Positions 29,776-41,186 are shown, counted from the stretch's first letter. The stretch is DNA of 64,000 bases from Candidatus Curtissbacteria bacterium (GCA_038326365.1 JBBQJY010000002.1:17960-81959); one strand, 5' to 3'. The notes: generated by a model not told the origin, from the letters alone. Numbers and translations are program-made.

Positions 29776-30808
29776 TTTTGGCCTTTTTAAAAATTTCTTT
29801 GGGAATACTTTCTTTTTCTGCCGCCGTAATTATCGTCTGCTGATTGCCAATAACCGAAAGAACCGTGTCCCTGTGCTCCCAATCAAGCTCACTAAAGATA
29901 TCATCAAGTGCCAAAACTGGTCTTGTGCCTCGTTTGACCTTAAAGTACTCAAGTTCAGCTAATTTAAGTGCCAAAACCGCCATTCTCTGCTCACCCCGTG
30001 AGCCAAAAAACTCCAAGTCGCGTCTCTTGAATTTGAATCTAAAATCATCTCGATGGGGCCCAGACAGGGTAATGCCGGCCGCGATATCACGTTCGCGATT
30101 TTTAATAAGTTTCTCCTCCGTCACCAAACTTTGCTTAAGTTCCCAACCCAAGTCTCCAATTTTTCCCAAAGTCTCTCCTTGTTCCACAAAATTTAAATAT
30201 TCAAAAAATTCACTGCGAGCTTTGGAAATATAATTACCATGTTCCAAAATTCGCTCATCCCAAAATCCAAGCTCAAGTGGCTTAGATTTGCCATCTGCTA
30301 TTCGCATCAAAACTTTATTTCTGCGGCTGACAACCTTGCCATACGCTGAAACCGCTCGCCAATAGCGACTATCAATAGATGAAAGAAACCGATCCAAATG
30401 ATGTCGCCGAAGTGAAGGCGAACCGGAAACCAAATCAAGATCCGTTGGGTCAAAAACAACAACAGAAAAAATCTCTACAAAGTCAACTAGCCTTTTTTTA
30501 ATTGCCCCCTCAAAAAAAGATTTTGCAATTCGCCTGTTATCAATGACTTGAAAATTTACGACAAGTTGATGCCGGTCCCCATCTTCTACCTCACCTTCAA
30601 CCTTACTATCTGCTTGACCAATTTTTACTAGATCCAATTCAGTATCTACTCTGGTGGGTCTTATGCCGGAAATTAGCGCCACCGCTTCCAAAATATTGCT
30701 CTTACCTGCCCCGTTTTTACCCACAATCGCTGTTAGATCTGGAGCAAAAACAACTTTTTTAATCGAAAAGTTTCGCCAATTCGTCAAACCCAAAGAATTA
30801 ATCTGCAT
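29762..30808 (-). CDS. recF: DNA replication and repair protein RecF
   Basis: The N-terminal 'LTNWRNF…AIVGKNGAGKSNILEAV' Walker A matches RecF, and an SMC-like signature is present. Confidence 0.85.
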   Translation of the reverse strand: MQINSLGLTNWRNFSIKKVVFAPDLTAIVGKNGAGKSNILEAVALISGIRPTRVDTELDLVKIGQADSKVEGEVEDGDRHQLVVNFQVIDNRRIAKSFFEGAIKKRLVDFVEIFSVVVFDPTDLDLVSGSPSLRRHHLDRFLSSIDSRYWRAVSAYGKVVSRRNKVLMRIADGKSKPLELGFWDERILEHGNYISKARSEFFEYLNFVEQGETLGKIGDLGWELKQSLVTEEKLIKNRERDIAAGITLSGPHRDDFRFKFKRRDLEFFGSRGEQRMAVLALKLAELEYFKVKRGTRPVLALDDIFSELDWEHRDTVLSVIGNQQTIITAAEKESIPKEIFKKAKIVEI

Positions 30809-32041
30809 CTATTTCCACTTTCGACTAAGGTACCAAAAAAATCCGCTTGAGCTGATAAGTATAGTACCGATACCAAACAACGTACCTAAGTAACCAAATA
30901 CAACTTCAGAAATGGCAGCCACGGGAGAAGCGATTGAGGCAATTAAGGTTGCCAAAATAATATTGGCGCCAAAAACAGTTCCTTGATGGGTGTGCGGAAT
31001 CTTTTTTTGCAGTGCAGTTCGAGATCCTATCATCGTCAGAATAACCCCAAACCCTAACGCAATCAGAAAAGGCGCACTTAAAATTTGCACCACAAATCTC
31101 GATAAAATTTCCAGCTTAATAAGAACTGAATAACAAACTAGCCCCAAACCGAATACCAAATTTCCGACATAAAGAAGCATAAACTCTCGCGTTTTAGGTC
31201 TATGTGTAAAGAAAACACCTCCAAGGACTCCAATTGCAATTAGTGGAAAAATAATAAGAATAGTTCGCTTCAGGGAAAATCCTACGATTTCAACAAAAAA
31301 TCCCGGACCTAGCGTTATTCCGAAAAAAATAGCTCCCTGAATTGCCGAAAATACAAAGAAGAATAACATCGTTCTTTCTGACCTGAAGACATAATCAAAA
31401 CCTTTCCAAATATTTTTAATTCGCAAAGAAATGGATCTTTCTTTTGGTTTTGCAACAGGATTAAGCTTAGGCAAGAAAAATGACAGTACTGCAGCAATAA
31501 CCAACAGCACATCACAGACAATTAATGTCATCTGGCTTCCGGAAAAAAAATAAACAATAGCTGATGCAAAAAGCCCCAGCAATACTCCACTAGCCAAATT
31601 AAATATGAATATTGAATTGGCAACTAAAAGTTCGTCGCTTGAAACCAGCTGAGCCGTTGCCGCTCCCGACGCCGGAATAAAAAATGAATTACCAGCAAAA
31701 TATAAAAAGGCAAGAGAAATTGACGCGTAAACCACGCTCTGGTTTAGGATTATTACCAAAACTACCAGGGCTATAAACAAATTGGCCAAAATTATTATTT
31801 TTCGCCGATCGAATATATCAGCAGCGAGACCCGCAAATGCCATAAAAAGAAAAGATGGAATAGTCAGCGATAAAACCACACCGGAAACCCCCAAGTTACT
31901 TCCCGTTTTCAAAAACACCGAAACGATCAGAGCCAAAACCAGAAAAGCCGATGCTGCCTGGCCAAAGAAAATTATCAACGAGAGAAAGAAGAAGTCACGT
32001 CGTCTCAAGACTTTTAAATAAGTACTAAAGACATTAGACAT
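30809..32041 (-). CDS. MFS-type transporter
   Basis: The 410-aa ORF has about 12 TM helices and is abutted against recF. Confidence 0.55.
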   Translation of the reverse strand: MSNVFSTYLKVLRRRDFFFLSLIIFFGQAASAFLVLALIVSVFLKTGSNLGVSGVVLSLTIPSFLFMAFAGLAADIFDRRKIIILANLFIALVVLVIILNQSVVYASISLAFLYFAGNSFFIPASGAATAQLVSSDELLVANSIFIFNLASGVLLGLFASAIVYFFSGSQMTLIVCDVLLVIAAVLSFFLPKLNPVAKPKERSISLRIKNIWKGFDYVFRSERTMLFFFVFSAIQGAIFFGITLGPGFFVEIVGFSLKRTILIIFPLIAIGVLGGVFFTHRPKTREFMLLYVGNLVFGLGLVCYSVLIKLEILSRFVVQILSAPFLIALGFGVILTMIGSRTALQKKIPHTHQGTVFGANIILATLIASIASPVAAISEVVFGYLGTLFGIGTILISSSGFFWYLSRKWK

Positions 32042-32042
32042 T

Positions 32043-32930
32043 TTAAGGTTTTATAGTGAGTACCTGACAATTGGGGCAAAAGTGAGCACTACGTCCATCC
32101 ATTTTTTGCCTAACAATTTTTGTCCCGCAGCGCTCGCAAGGTTTACCGGTCATATGATAAGCCTTGGCAAAAGTTAGATACAAGCCACGCTCTCCCAGAC
32201 CGTCTACAAAAGAATTGGCACTAGATCCACCTTTTTCAATTGCCAACTTAAAACTTTCAATCAAACCCTTAAAAATTGCACGGAAATCATCGTCTTTCAA
32301 AAACCCCAACGCTCCCTTAGGGTGCACTTTGGCCCTCCACAGTGCTTCGTCGCTATAAATATTGCCTACTCCAGCTACAAAAGCTTGATCCATCAGGAGC
32401 TTTTTAATTGTTGCCTGAGGTCTCCTACTTTTTAAGTCATTTATTCTTTTTAAAAACGCAGCAGCCGTCATCTCCATCGGATCCGGACCCAAAACAGTCC
32501 CAATCGCACTCTTGATTGATTCTTCATCTGCCCTTGTCACTTTCACCCACCCAAATTTCCTCATGTCGTTAAAAAATAGATGCCCTTCGTTCGTAAACGC
32601 AAAGGTTGCTCTCGTTGTGCTATTAGGAACCGGTTTATTTAAAGGTGGAATCGGGTGCCCTCCCCCAACTCTAATTTTTTTATCTTGATATATAAGCTGG
32701 CCTGTTAATTTTAGGTGAATAACAACCGAAAATTTGCCTGAAAGGTCAATAATTATTACCTTGCCCATTCTTCGCACACCCTCAACTTTGGCACCCCTTA
32801 TGTCGTCGATAGAAAATCCGTTCCAATAAAACTTGGGTTCCCAATCATACTCAACTGAGTCCAAAGTCAAACCTTTTATGACTTTATTTAGTGATTCAAC
32901 AACAACTGTGACTTCCGGCAACTCAGGCAT
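32043..32930 (-). CDS. fpg: formamidopyrimidine-DNA glycosylase / Nei family
   Basis: The N-terminal 'MPELPEV' and the C-terminal zinc finger 'CERCGTKI…HFCPNCQ' match Fpg. Confidence 0.8.
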   Translation of the reverse strand: MPELPEVTVVVESLNKVIKGLTLDSVEYDWEPKFYWNGFSIDDIRGAKVEGVRRMGKVIIIDLSGKFSVVIHLKLTGQLIYQDKKIRVGGGHPIPPLNKPVPNSTTRATFAFTNEGHLFFNDMRKFGWVKVTRADEESIKSAIGTVLGPDPMEMTAAAFLKRINDLKSRRPQATIKKLLMDQAFVAGVGNIYSDEALWRAKVHPKGALGFLKDDDFRAIFKGLIESFKLAIEKGGSSANSFVDGLGERGLYLTFAKAYHMTGKPCERCGTKIVRQKMDGRSAHFCPNCQVLTIKP

Positions 32931-32932
32931 GA

Positions 32933-33709
32933 TTAAAGCTTTGCAAGCGTTCCTTTCTTTTTCGACATATTAAGCATATAAGTAAAAAAGGCAATCGCCA
33001 ACGAAAAATAAATCACATTTAAAACAAAAGCGATGGTAAATTCACCAAAATTAAACATATTTGTGCCCAAAGTATACCTCATACCTTCAAATACGTGAGA
33101 CACGGGCAAGAACCAAACAACTTGCTGGAAAAACTTAGGTAAAACCGAAACTGGATAAAAAACCGCGGCAAACGGCTGAATCGCAAACGGCAAAACCCAC
33201 GTTAGCGGCCCCGCCGAATGGCCCCATTTCGTTATAAGTCCAATGCTAAAAATTCCAAGAGCTCCCGCAAATATCATGAGATTAATCCAAAATAGCACAA
33301 GAGCCAAACCCAACGAAAATATATTAAACTGATAAAAAATAATAGCAATTGCAGCCATGGCTCCGAAGGAAATCAAAAGCTTCATTACCGACACCACAAT
33401 CAACCCTCCAATAAACTCAACCGTTGTAAGTGGTGTGGCCAACATATTAACCAAATTTTTCTCCCAAAGCTCATACATAAAGTCAATTCCAATTGATGAC
33501 CCCGCACGCTCAAAAATGACCCATAATATCATGCCACCCAAAAAAAATGAGGCCAAAGCTGAGGATTGAACCTTTACATAATTTGACAGGAATCCCCACA
33601 TAACAAGTCCCACAATTGGAAAAATCAGCAAATCAGCAAATCTCTCCAAATGATGCATTGTTAAGTAAAAATGCCTCAAAATTATCGCGTAAACTCTAGT
33701 TAGCGACAT
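32933..33709 (-). CDS. ABC-2 type transporter permease
   Basis: A six-TM protein lies directly downstream of an ABC ATPase. Confidence 0.55.
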   Translation of the reverse strand: MSLTRVYAIILRHFYLTMHHLERFADLLIFPIVGLVMWGFLSNYVKVQSSALASFFLGGMILWVIFERAGSSIGIDFMYELWEKNLVNMLATPLTTVEFIGGLIVVSVMKLLISFGAMAAIAIIFYQFNIFSLGLALVLFWINLMIFAGALGIFSIGLITKWGHSAGPLTWVLPFAIQPFAAVFYPVSVLPKFFQQVVWFLPVSHVFEGMRYTLGTNMFNFGEFTIAFVLNVIYFSLAIAFFTYMLNMSKKKGTLAKL

Positions 33710-34457
33710 CTTTCCTCCTTGAAAGCTCGATGAATACTTCTCTTAAATTTGGCTCTTTCGTTTCAAGTTCCAACTCTTTTCTGGTCAGCTCCAAAGGGCT
33801 GCCCTGGGCAATTATTTTGCCGTGATTTATAAAAACGACATTATTTGCAACCTGCTCAATTTCCCACATATTATGAGAGGTATAAAGAATTGTCATTTTC
33901 TCCTCTTTTTGAATTTTCTTGATTAAACCAATGCCACGATCCACAATGTCCGGATCCATGGAGGCCATAGGCTCATCAAGAAGAAGCAGTTTTGGCTTAT
34001 TAACTAATGATTTACAAAAATTAGCCCTTGCGCGCTGCCCCAAAGAAAGACTCCTTATACTTCTATTTTTTAAATCCGTCAGATCCAGCTCTTCTAGGAC
34101 TTCCAAAACCCTGAGCTTTGGACTTTTAACTTCGTAAAGGTGTGCGTAAATCAACAAGTTTTCAAATAAGGTTAAATTCCAAGGCAGTACATATTCAGCA
34201 GAACAGTAGTTTACATTTTTCATAATTTCTACTCTATTCTTTTTAATATCCTTACCAAATATTTTAATGTCACCTGAGTCTTTCTCAACAACTCCCAAGA
34301 GACAATTGATAGTTGTCGATTTACCTGCTCCATTTGGACCAAGAAAACCAACGATTTCTCCCTCGTCAGCAGTAAAGGAAATTCCGTCAACCGCAACAAA
34401 TCCATCAAACTTTTTAACCAAATTTTTAACTTCTAAAACTGGATTGTCTTTCGCCAT
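33696..34457 (-). CDS. ABC transporter ATP-binding protein
   Basis: The Walker A 'GPNGAGKSTT', signature 'LSLGQRAR' and Walker B 'LLLLDEP' are all present. Confidence 0.85.
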   Translation of the reverse strand: MAKDNPVLEVKNLVKKFDGFVAVDGISFTADEGEIVGFLGPNGAGKSTTINCLLGVVEKDSGDIKIFGKDIKKNRVEIMKNVNYCSAEYVLPWNLTLFENLLIYAHLYEVKSPKLRVLEVLEELDLTDLKNRSIRSLSLGQRARANFCKSLVNKPKLLLLDEPMASMDPDIVDRGIGLIKKIQKEEKMTILYTSHNMWEIEQVANNVVFINHGKIIAQGSPLELTRKELELETKEPNLREVFIELSRRKDVAN

Positions 34458-34494
34458 AGAAAGATTTTAACGGAAATCAGGCACTAAAAATAGG

Positions 34495-34758
34495 CTAAGG
34501 CTTTTTAGAGGGAAGTTGAGTGTCGTTTTTGAAAAACTGCCGCATTGCTTGTCTTAATCTATTTTGCTCTCGGGTAGTCTCTATCCCAATCACCTTGGGG
34601 TCAGTCTGCATTTGATTTGATTCATCTCCCCAAGAGTAATCCGTCTCGAGCGAACGAGATTCTAAAAGATAATCGCCGTATCCGCCGCTTGGAAGCGAAG
34701 CTAATTCTCCGTGAAGTCTAAATACGTTTGGAATTCTGACTCCACCTCTTTCGGCCAT
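34495..34758 (-). CDS. hypothetical protein (87 aa)
   Basis: ORF only. Confidence 0.2.
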   Translation of the reverse strand: MAERGGVRIPNVFRLHGELASLPSGGYGDYLLESRSLETDYSWGDESNQMQTDPKVIGIETTREQNRLRQAMRQFFKNDTQLPSKKP

Positions 34759-34795
34759 ACCTCACTTTAGCGCTAATTTTTTATAATGATCAAGT

Positions 34796-35911
34796 TTATT
34801 TAATTTTATTCTCTACAAATTTTTTTATCTCTTCCTTAAATCGTTCCTTGCTAAATTTCTGCGCATGATTTTGTATAAACTTGCTGTCCCACTCACCCTT
34901 TTTCTCTTTTGCAAGAAAAACGCTAATTGCCACCGCAAAGGCACCTGGCTTTAAATCCTCAACCAAAAGCCCAGTCTTGCCATCAATCACTGTTTCCAAA
35001 ACACCACCTTCAGCAAGTGCAATTACCGGTTTACCCGCAGCCATCGCCTCAACCGGCACGATTCCAAAGTCTTCCATGCTAGCCGGAAAAATTAGCGCTC
35101 GACACCCTTGATAAAGTTTGACAAGTTCGCGATCGTCCACATCTCCCAAAAACTCAACACTCTCCCCTGCCATTGCACGAAGACGGGCTTCATCGCGTCC
35201 GGTTCCAACAATCTTCAGAGATACTTTCAAATTTGTACAAACCTCAATAGCTAGGTCCACGTTCTTGGCTCCAACTAAACGTGAGACAACAAGAAAATAT
35301 TTTCCGATATTTTCCGATATTGGGTTTTGGGCTTCGAATTTTTCAACATCAACCGGCGGATAGATAACAGTAGACTCTCGCCTGTAAAACTTCTTTATTC
35401 TTGATGCGACCTCTCGGGAATTGGCAACAAACCAATCAACTCCTTGCGCAGCTTCAAAGTCATAAACACGCATAAAATGATTAACAATTGCCGCATAAAC
35501 CCGAACCAACCAATATTTTTGAAAGTTAGAAGCCGTCGGATAACCGTAAAGATATCTCGGCGGCGTATGACAATAACAAATCTCAACAGTACCCTTTCCT
35601 TTTTTAAATCCTTTCGTTACATACCAATTGCTCGAACCAATTACCACATCAAATTCACTAAAGTCGAAACTATTCCAAACCAGTGGTGCAAGAAATCTCA
35701 TTGGGCTGTGCAATTTGCTTGCAAAAAATGGCACCTTTTGTGCCCAAGAAGTTAGTATCTTTTTACCTCTTAGCCTTTTATACGCTGGCGACCCTTCTCT
35801 ATAAAAAGCAGTGTAAATCGGAGCATCTGGCCAAATTTCAGATAGTGCCAACAAAACTCTCTCCGCTCCTCCAAATTCATTTAAATAGTCATGAACAAGT
35901 GCAACTTTCAT
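34796..35911 (-). CDS. glycosyltransferase family 4 (GT-B)
   Basis: The 'EDFGIVPVEAMAAGKPVIALAEGGVLETVIDGKTGLL' (EX7E) motif is present. Confidence 0.75.
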   Translation of the reverse strand: MKVALVHDYLNEFGGAERVLLALSEIWPDAPIYTAFYREGSPAYKRLRGKKILTSWAQKVPFFASKLHSPMRFLAPLVWNSFDFSEFDVVIGSSNWYVTKGFKKGKGTVEICYCHTPPRYLYGYPTASNFQKYWLVRVYAAIVNHFMRVYDFEAAQGVDWFVANSREVASRIKKFYRRESTVIYPPVDVEKFEAQNPISENIGKYFLVVSRLVGAKNVDLAIEVCTNLKVSLKIVGTGRDEARLRAMAGESVEFLGDVDDRELVKLYQGCRALIFPASMEDFGIVPVEAMAAGKPVIALAEGGVLETVIDGKTGLLVEDLKPGAFAVAISVFLAKEKKGEWDSKFIQNHAQKFSKERFKEEIKKFVENKIK

Positions 35912-36576
35912 GTAACTAAACTTCTCATGATCTTTTCGTTAACTTCTCTTAAACTCTTCAAAATTAAATTAGCCCCTTCGGGATATTTCTTTGTAAATCT
36001 AATATCCGGAATAAAAATTACTTTCATTCCCCCTGCTTTTGCTGCCAATACTCCATTTACGGAGTCTTCCAAAACTAGACAATTTTTGGGCTCCACTCCC
36101 AATTTTTTGGCTGCAATTAAAAAAACTTCTGGGTCCGGCTTTCCCCTGCTTTGGACAAGATCTTCTTCGGCAACAACAGCCATAAAGTTCCCCTCAATCC
36201 CAAACCTTTTTAGAGCAGGATCAATAATCTTTTTAGTTCCCCCACTTGCAATCGCACACTTAAGACCAAGCTTTTGTGCCAAATCTAATAGTTCTTCTGC
36301 TCCCTCCATCAGAGCCATACGATCATCAAACAGAACTTTCGCAATTGCCCTTCGCTCAACAAGCAAATCCTCAGGATCTCCACCCAAATTATATTTTTCT
36401 TTTAAAAACTTCATATTATCCTGACCCAAATGGCCCATCATTTTGATTTGGTCCCCAGCCTCCAAAACCTTATTTCTACGCTTAAAAAACTCATCATAAG
36501 CCATGTGGATCAACTCTTCGGTGTTAACAAGAAGTCCATCAAAATCAAAAATTAATGCTTTTATGTTGGATTTCAC
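35908..36576 (-). CDS. HAD-superfamily hydrolase (beta-phosphoglucomutase-like)
   Basis: Motif I 'LIFDFDGLLVNTE' and motif IV 'LEDSVNGVLAAKAGG' are present. Confidence 0.65.
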   Translation of the reverse strand: MKSNIKALIFDFDGLLVNTEELIHMAYDEFFKRRNKVLEAGDQIKMMGHLGQDNMKFLKEKYNLGGDPEDLLVERRAIAKVLFDDRMALMEGAEELLDLAQKLGLKCAIASGGTKKIIDPALKRFGIEGNFMAVVAEEDLVQSRGKPDPEVFLIAAKKLGVEPKNCLVLEDSVNGVLAAKAGGMKVIFIPDIRFTKKYPEGANLILKSLREVNEKIMRSLVT

Positions 36577-37532
36577 TAAATCAATTCTAGCTGATCGGAA
36601 GTATTTTTCTCACTTTTAGTTTGTCTTGGATCAATTAAAAAATTCTCCGAAGAAATTGAATTGTTCTGTTTGCCTGTTAGTTTTGCAACTATGCTTTTAA
36701 ATCCGAGTTCCTCGTATTCACCAATAACTCGCTCGAGGTCCATCTCAAAGCTTAAATCCTCAATCTTACATCCTAAATTAATGGAGGCATCCAACTCGAT
36801 CAACTTTTTAGCCGCAATTGCGTTATCTCGTCCAGCTTCTAATTTTGTTCGAACTTTCTCTGCCGTTTTCGATATATTTTCATAAATTCCCTCAACGCTC
36901 CCGTACTTCTGAATTAAATCGCTGGCAGTTTTTGGACCAATACCGGCAACTCCTGGAATATTATCGCTAGGGTCTCCAGTTAACGATTTCCAATCGATCA
37001 TTTGCTTTGGAGTTACTCCATATTTTTGGGCAACTTCTTCTGGCCCAAACAAAGTCGCGTCTTTAAGGTTCCATCCAGGTGCCTGAACCTTTATCTTTTT
37101 GTCTATTATCTGTAGTAGGTCGCGATCTCCTGAAACGACTACTACTTGCGCTACACTTGGGCCCAGTTGTACAGCAATTGAGGCTAAAAGATCATCAGCC
37201 TCATAACCAGCCTTTTCGAAATACTTGATGCCAAAGGCATCCAAAACTTTTTTTACCTTAGGCAGTTGTGGGTAAAGATCCGCTGGAGGTGCCACTCGAT
37301 GCGCCTTATACGCCTGGAATTCGACATGTCGAAAAGTCGGAGCGCGAGTGTCAAATGCCGCTGCGATATGGGTTGGCTTAAGCTCGTCCATTGCCTTAAA
37401 AAGCATGTTACTAAATCCAAAGACGGCGTTTACATTTATCCCATCTTTGGCAGTCAGAGGTGGCAGTGCATGATAGGCCCGATGAAACAAATTGTTTCCG
37501 TCAATTAACAAGAGAATTTTATGCTCTGGCAT
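36576..37532 (-). CDS. 5'-3' exonuclease (FEN / Pol I N-terminal domain family)
   Basis: 'LLLIDGNNLFHRAYHAL' and 'GDPSDNIPGVAGIGPKTA' match the 5'-3' exonuclease family. Confidence 0.75.
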   Translation of the reverse strand: MPEHKILLLIDGNNLFHRAYHALPPLTAKDGINVNAVFGFSNMLFKAMDELKPTHIAAAFDTRAPTFRHVEFQAYKAHRVAPPADLYPQLPKVKKVLDAFGIKYFEKAGYEADDLLASIAVQLGPSVAQVVVVSGDRDLLQIIDKKIKVQAPGWNLKDATLFGPEEVAQKYGVTPKQMIDWKSLTGDPSDNIPGVAGIGPKTASDLIQKYGSVEGIYENISKTAEKVRTKLEAGRDNAIAAKKLIELDASINLGCKIEDLSFEMDLERVIGEYEELGFKSIVAKLTGKQNNSISSENFLIDPRQTKSEKNTSDQLELI

Positions 37533-37557
37533 TAAGCAATTTTAACACGATGACTAT

Positions 37558-39501
37558 TTAAGCCTGAGCAGGTTTAGAAGCTTTTTTGGGCCGACTAAAT
37601 TTTACTTCGCCATTTGTATGAGGTTTAAGGCCAACAATCTTTTCAAAGTCATCGCTCTCTAGTGTTTCCCTGTCCAGAAGCGCTTCTGCAACTTTGTCTA
37701 AAACTTTCTTATTTTTAACCAGTGTTTCTTTGGCCTTTTTATAACCAGTATCAATCATTTTTTGGACTTCACGGTCGACTTTTGCAGCAGTGTCCTGAGA
37801 CATTTGTGGACTCTCCCCTGTTGGCCAAATTCCAAACTGCGGCCTCGCCTGCATTACAGTTGGGCCAAGATCACTCATTCCAAGCTCCTCTACCATCGCT
37901 CGAGCAATATTTGTGGCAACTTGCAAGTCAGAAGATGCACCGCTGGTTAATTCGTGGAAAACCAACTCTTCAGCTGCGCGACCACCAAGGGCCATCGCGA
38001 TCCTATCAAGAAGCCTTGTTTTTGTTTCCAGATTTCTATCAAACTGCGGATGAACTTCAGTATGCCCTCCGGTATTTGCCCGGGCAACAATTGATATTCT
38101 GTGAACCGGATCAACGTTTTCCAAAAAGTGGGCAACAATGGCGTGACCGCCTTCATGGTAAGCCGTCATTTTGCGCTCTTCCTCGCTTTGCATCCTCTTC
38201 CTTTGAGGTCCCAGTTTCACCTTAGTAGCGGCCTCTTCTAAGTCAACATTTTCAATTTCTTTTCTTGCTTCGCGCGCCGCCAGAATTGCCGCTTCATTGA
38301 GCATGTTGGCAAGATCTGCTCCACTAAACCCCACAGTACGCCTAGCAATTTTATCCATGTCTGCAGTTTTAGCAAACGGCTTACCTCTCATGTGAATCAG
38401 AAGTATTGCCTTTCTGCCTTCGATGTCTGGCAAATCCAGAGCCACACGCCTATCAAACCTTCCCGGCCTGGTCAGTGCCGGGTCCAACATATCGGGTCTG
38501 TTTGTGGCAGCCATCACAATTACATTTTCGTTTGGTGCAAATCCGTCCATTTCCACAAGAATTTGATTTAGGGTCTGTTCTCTCTCGTCGTGTCCTCCAC
38601 TAAAGCCCATACCCCGTATTCGGCCGATTGATTCCACTTCGTCTATAAAGATAATTGACGAACTCTTTTTGGCTTGAGCAAAAAGATCTCGCACACGAGC
38701 AGCTCCCACTCCAACCAGCATTTCCATAAACTCGCTACCAGCAACAGAAAAAAAAGGCACTCCTGCCTCACCGGCAACTGCTTTGGCAAGCAAGGTCTTG
38801 CCGGTTCCAGCCGGACCTACTAAAAGTACACCTTTCGGAGTCCTGGCACCAATGGCCCGATATTTCTCTGGATGCTTTAAAAAGTCGACAACCTCTTGAA
38901 GTTCTTGCTTGGCCTCATCAACACCCGCTACATCTTTAAATGTAGTTTTAGGCATGTCTTTGGTAAACTGCTTAGCCCGCGATTGACCAAATGAAAATAC
39001 ACTCGATGCGCCCTCTCGAGCTTGTCGAAAAATAAAGAAAAAGAAAAGAATAATAATCCCCAAGGGTAAAAATGTTGTCAGAATTGTCAGCCAAGCATCT
39101 GAAACAGATCGATCTTTGACCACTATTTCTACTTTTGTTGGATCAACGCCGGAAGCCTGAAGCGCCGCAAACAGTGATTCTTTATCCTCTTTTCGAGATG
39201 TATAAATCTTGCCGTCTTTAAGATGAATGCTCAGTTTATCTCCATCAATTTCGATATTTTGAACTTGATCCCCTTTAACATCGTTGATAACCGTTGAAAT
39301 TGGCTCAACCGGCAAAAACCGGTCAACCGGGTTAGAAGTTAGCGCAAAAAAGAGAAAGATAATAAGGCCAATTGCCCCATAAATGGCAAATCCACGCCAA
39401 GATGTTTTCTTGCCCATTTTAGGTAGACTTACGCGATGAATTGGACCTTTTTTAGAGTTAGAACCCGTGCTTTTGATATCCTCTTTTTCTTTAGATTTCA
39501 T
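37558..39501 (-). CDS. ftsH: ATP-dependent zinc metalloprotease FtsH
   Basis: An N-terminal TM region is followed by the AAA motif '[25 protein letters not shown]', the SRH region and the zinc motif 'HEGGHAIVA'. Confidence 0.9.
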   Translation of the reverse strand: MKSKEKEDIKSTGSNSKKGPIHRVSLPKMGKKTSWRGFAIYGAIGLIIFLFFALTSNPVDRFLPVEPISTVINDVKGDQVQNIEIDGDKLSIHLKDGKIYTSRKEDKESLFAALQASGVDPTKVEIVVKDRSVSDAWLTILTTFLPLGIIILFFFFIFRQAREGASSVFSFGQSRAKQFTKDMPKTTFKDVAGVDEAKQELQEVVDFLKHPEKYRAIGARTPKGVLLVGPAGTGKTLLAKAVAGEAGVPFFSVAGSEFMEMLVGVGAARVRDLFAQAKKSSSIIFIDEVESIGRIRGMGFSGGHDEREQTLNQILVEMDGFAPNENVIVMAATNRPDMLDPALTRPGRFDRRVALDLPDIEGRKAILLIHMRGKPFAKTADMDKIARRTVGFSGADLANMLNEAAILAAREARKEIENVDLEEAATKVKLGPQRKRMQSEEERKMTAYHEGGHAIVAHFLENVDPVHRISIVARANTGGHTEVHPQFDRNLETKTRLLDRIAMALGGRAAEELVFHELTSGASSDLQVATNIARAMVEELGMSDLGPTVMQARPQFGIWPTGESPQMSQDTAAKVDREVQKMIDTGYKKAKETLVKNKKVLDKVAEALLDRETLESDDFEKIVGLKPHTNGEVKFSRPKKASKPAQA

Positions 39502-39559
39502 TTGGAATTTGAACAGTTATTCTATCACTTAAGCAGCCGAATTGCCAGGTTAAACGCTA

Positions 39560-40150
39560 TTATTTTCGAGCAACGTTACTTTTATGCTTAAGCCACGAAC
39601 GAAGAGCATATTCTCTTAAATCACCAAAACGCAAAATAAAATCTGGTACCAAATCTCCGCGATCTATTTTTTTCTTAACTTCTCCAATAAAAGCTTCACC
39701 AGTCAGCTCATCTATATAAGTATCTAAAGCTTCTCTTCTCAGACCCATGATACTAGCCCCCTCTATTCTAGCCTTAGCTTTTGCATCATCTTTATCTTTT
39801 GCAAGCACTAATATACGAATTCCCCTTTCTTTTTCAGCTATTGGCGCAACCCACGCACTAAAAGTTTCACCCTCCGGTGGCATGTGGCCTTCTTTAAAGT
39901 CTGGAGTAATACCGGGAGCATATATCGACTGGTACAAAAATCTTGACTGTTTACCCTCTCTATCTAAAACATTTGACACAATGTACGTCCTATCATCAAA
40001 ATCAGGAAACTGCTGAGATTCTTGAATTGCATGAGCAGTTGCTACACCATCTAATAATGGAAGTCGCCTAAATCTCTCTGGGAATATTGGTTTTAATTTT
40101 TCCTCAATATCCCGATAAGTTGCACCTTTTGCGTCTATTGACTCAACCAT
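39560..40150 (-). CDS. hypothetical protein (196 aa)
   Basis: ORF only. Confidence 0.3.
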   Translation of the reverse strand: MVESIDAKGATYRDIEEKLKPIFPERFRRLPLLDGVATAHAIQESQQFPDFDDRTYIVSNVLDREGKQSRFLYQSIYAPGITPDFKEGHMPPEGETFSAWVAPIAEKERGIRILVLAKDKDDAKAKARIEGASIMGLRREALDTYIDELTGEAFIGEVKKKIDRGDLVPDFILRFGDLREYALRSWLKHKSNVARK

Positions 40151-40169
40151 AGTGCGAAATTATATACCT

Positions 40170-41168
40170 TTAGGAGAAATATTCAATCTTCATAGCGCGC
40201 TTGACATCTTTTAGTGTCTTTTGGGCTTCTTCCCTAGCCTTTTTTGTTCCATCAACTAAAATCTTCTCAACTAGTCCGGGTTGTTTTTCAAATTCTGCTC
40301 TTCGTTTTCTAATGGGCGCGAGAAACTCTTCCAAAACATCAACCAGATACTGCTTAATTTCTACATCACGAACTGTACCCTTTCTATATTTATCTTTAAA
40401 TTCTTCAATTTTCGCTTTGTCACTTCCAAACGCATCCAGATAAACAAAAACAGGGTTACCCTCCACATTGCCCGGCTCGTCTCCATGAATTCGATTAGGA
40501 TCTGTATACATCCCCATTACTTTTTTCTTTAAATCGTCAGTGCTTTCTGAAAGAAAGATTGTATTGCCCAAACTTTTGCTCATTTTTGAACTTCCATCAG
40601 TTCCAGGTAGCTTTCCCACCCTTCCAATCAGCGCTTCTGGCTCGGGGAACAAGCCCTGTTTAATCATGTTAAATGTTCGGGCAATCTCCCTCGTCTGTTC
40701 TAAATGTGCTTCTTGATCCTTTCCAACCGGAACCAAATCTGCTTTAACGCACAAAATATCAGCGGCTTGATAAATGGGGTAATTAATAAATCCCAGACTG
40801 TATTGATCGCCCAGGCCCTTCATCTTGATCTCGTCTTTAATGGTTGGATTTCTTAAAGCTCTATTAAACCCGACGTACATGCTGAAAAGAGCAGCAAGTT
40901 CATAAATTTCCGGTACCTGCGACTCAGCAAAAAAAACTACGTTTTCTGGCTCTAATCCTGCCGAAATGTTATCAAGTAAAACCTGTTTTGTATTTTCAGC
41001 TATATCCTGGTAGTTGAGATTAAGAGTCGTCAAAGCATGAGTATCTGCCAAAATCACATATGTTTCGTACTCATGCTGAAGGTGAATACGGTTCTCCAGC
41101 GTCCCAACGTAATGCCCCAAATGCAGCTTACCTGTAGGAGTATCTCCAGTTAGTATTCTCTTTTTCAT
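40170..41168 (-). CDS. trpS: tryptophan--tRNA ligase
   Basis: The class-I 'TGDTPTGKLHLGHY' (HIGH) and 'KMSKS' motifs are present. The 332-aa size fits TrpRS rather than TyrRS. Confidence 0.75.
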   Translation of the reverse strand: MKKRILTGDTPTGKLHLGHYVGTLENRIHLQHEYETYVILADTHALTTLNLNYQDIAENTKQVLLDNISAGLEPENVVFFAESQVPEIYELAALFSMYVGFNRALRNPTIKDEIKMKGLGDQYSLGFINYPIYQAADILCVKADLVPVGKDQEAHLEQTREIARTFNMIKQGLFPEPEALIGRVGKLPGTDGSSKMSKSLGNTIFLSESTDDLKKKVMGMYTDPNRIHGDEPGNVEGNPVFVYLDAFGSDKAKIEEFKDKYRKGTVRDVEIKQYLVDVLEEFLAPIRKRRAEFEKQPGLVEKILVDGTKKAREEAQKTLKDVKRAMKIEYFS

Positions 41169-41186
41169 CTCCTAGTTGATTATAAC

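Noticed and set aside
35281-35330. Direct repeat 'tattttccga' x2
   Set aside because: There are only two copies. They sit inside the intact GT4 glycosyltransferase reading frame (encoding …ENIGKYF…). The repeat is neither a CRISPR nor a meaningful tandem repeat.
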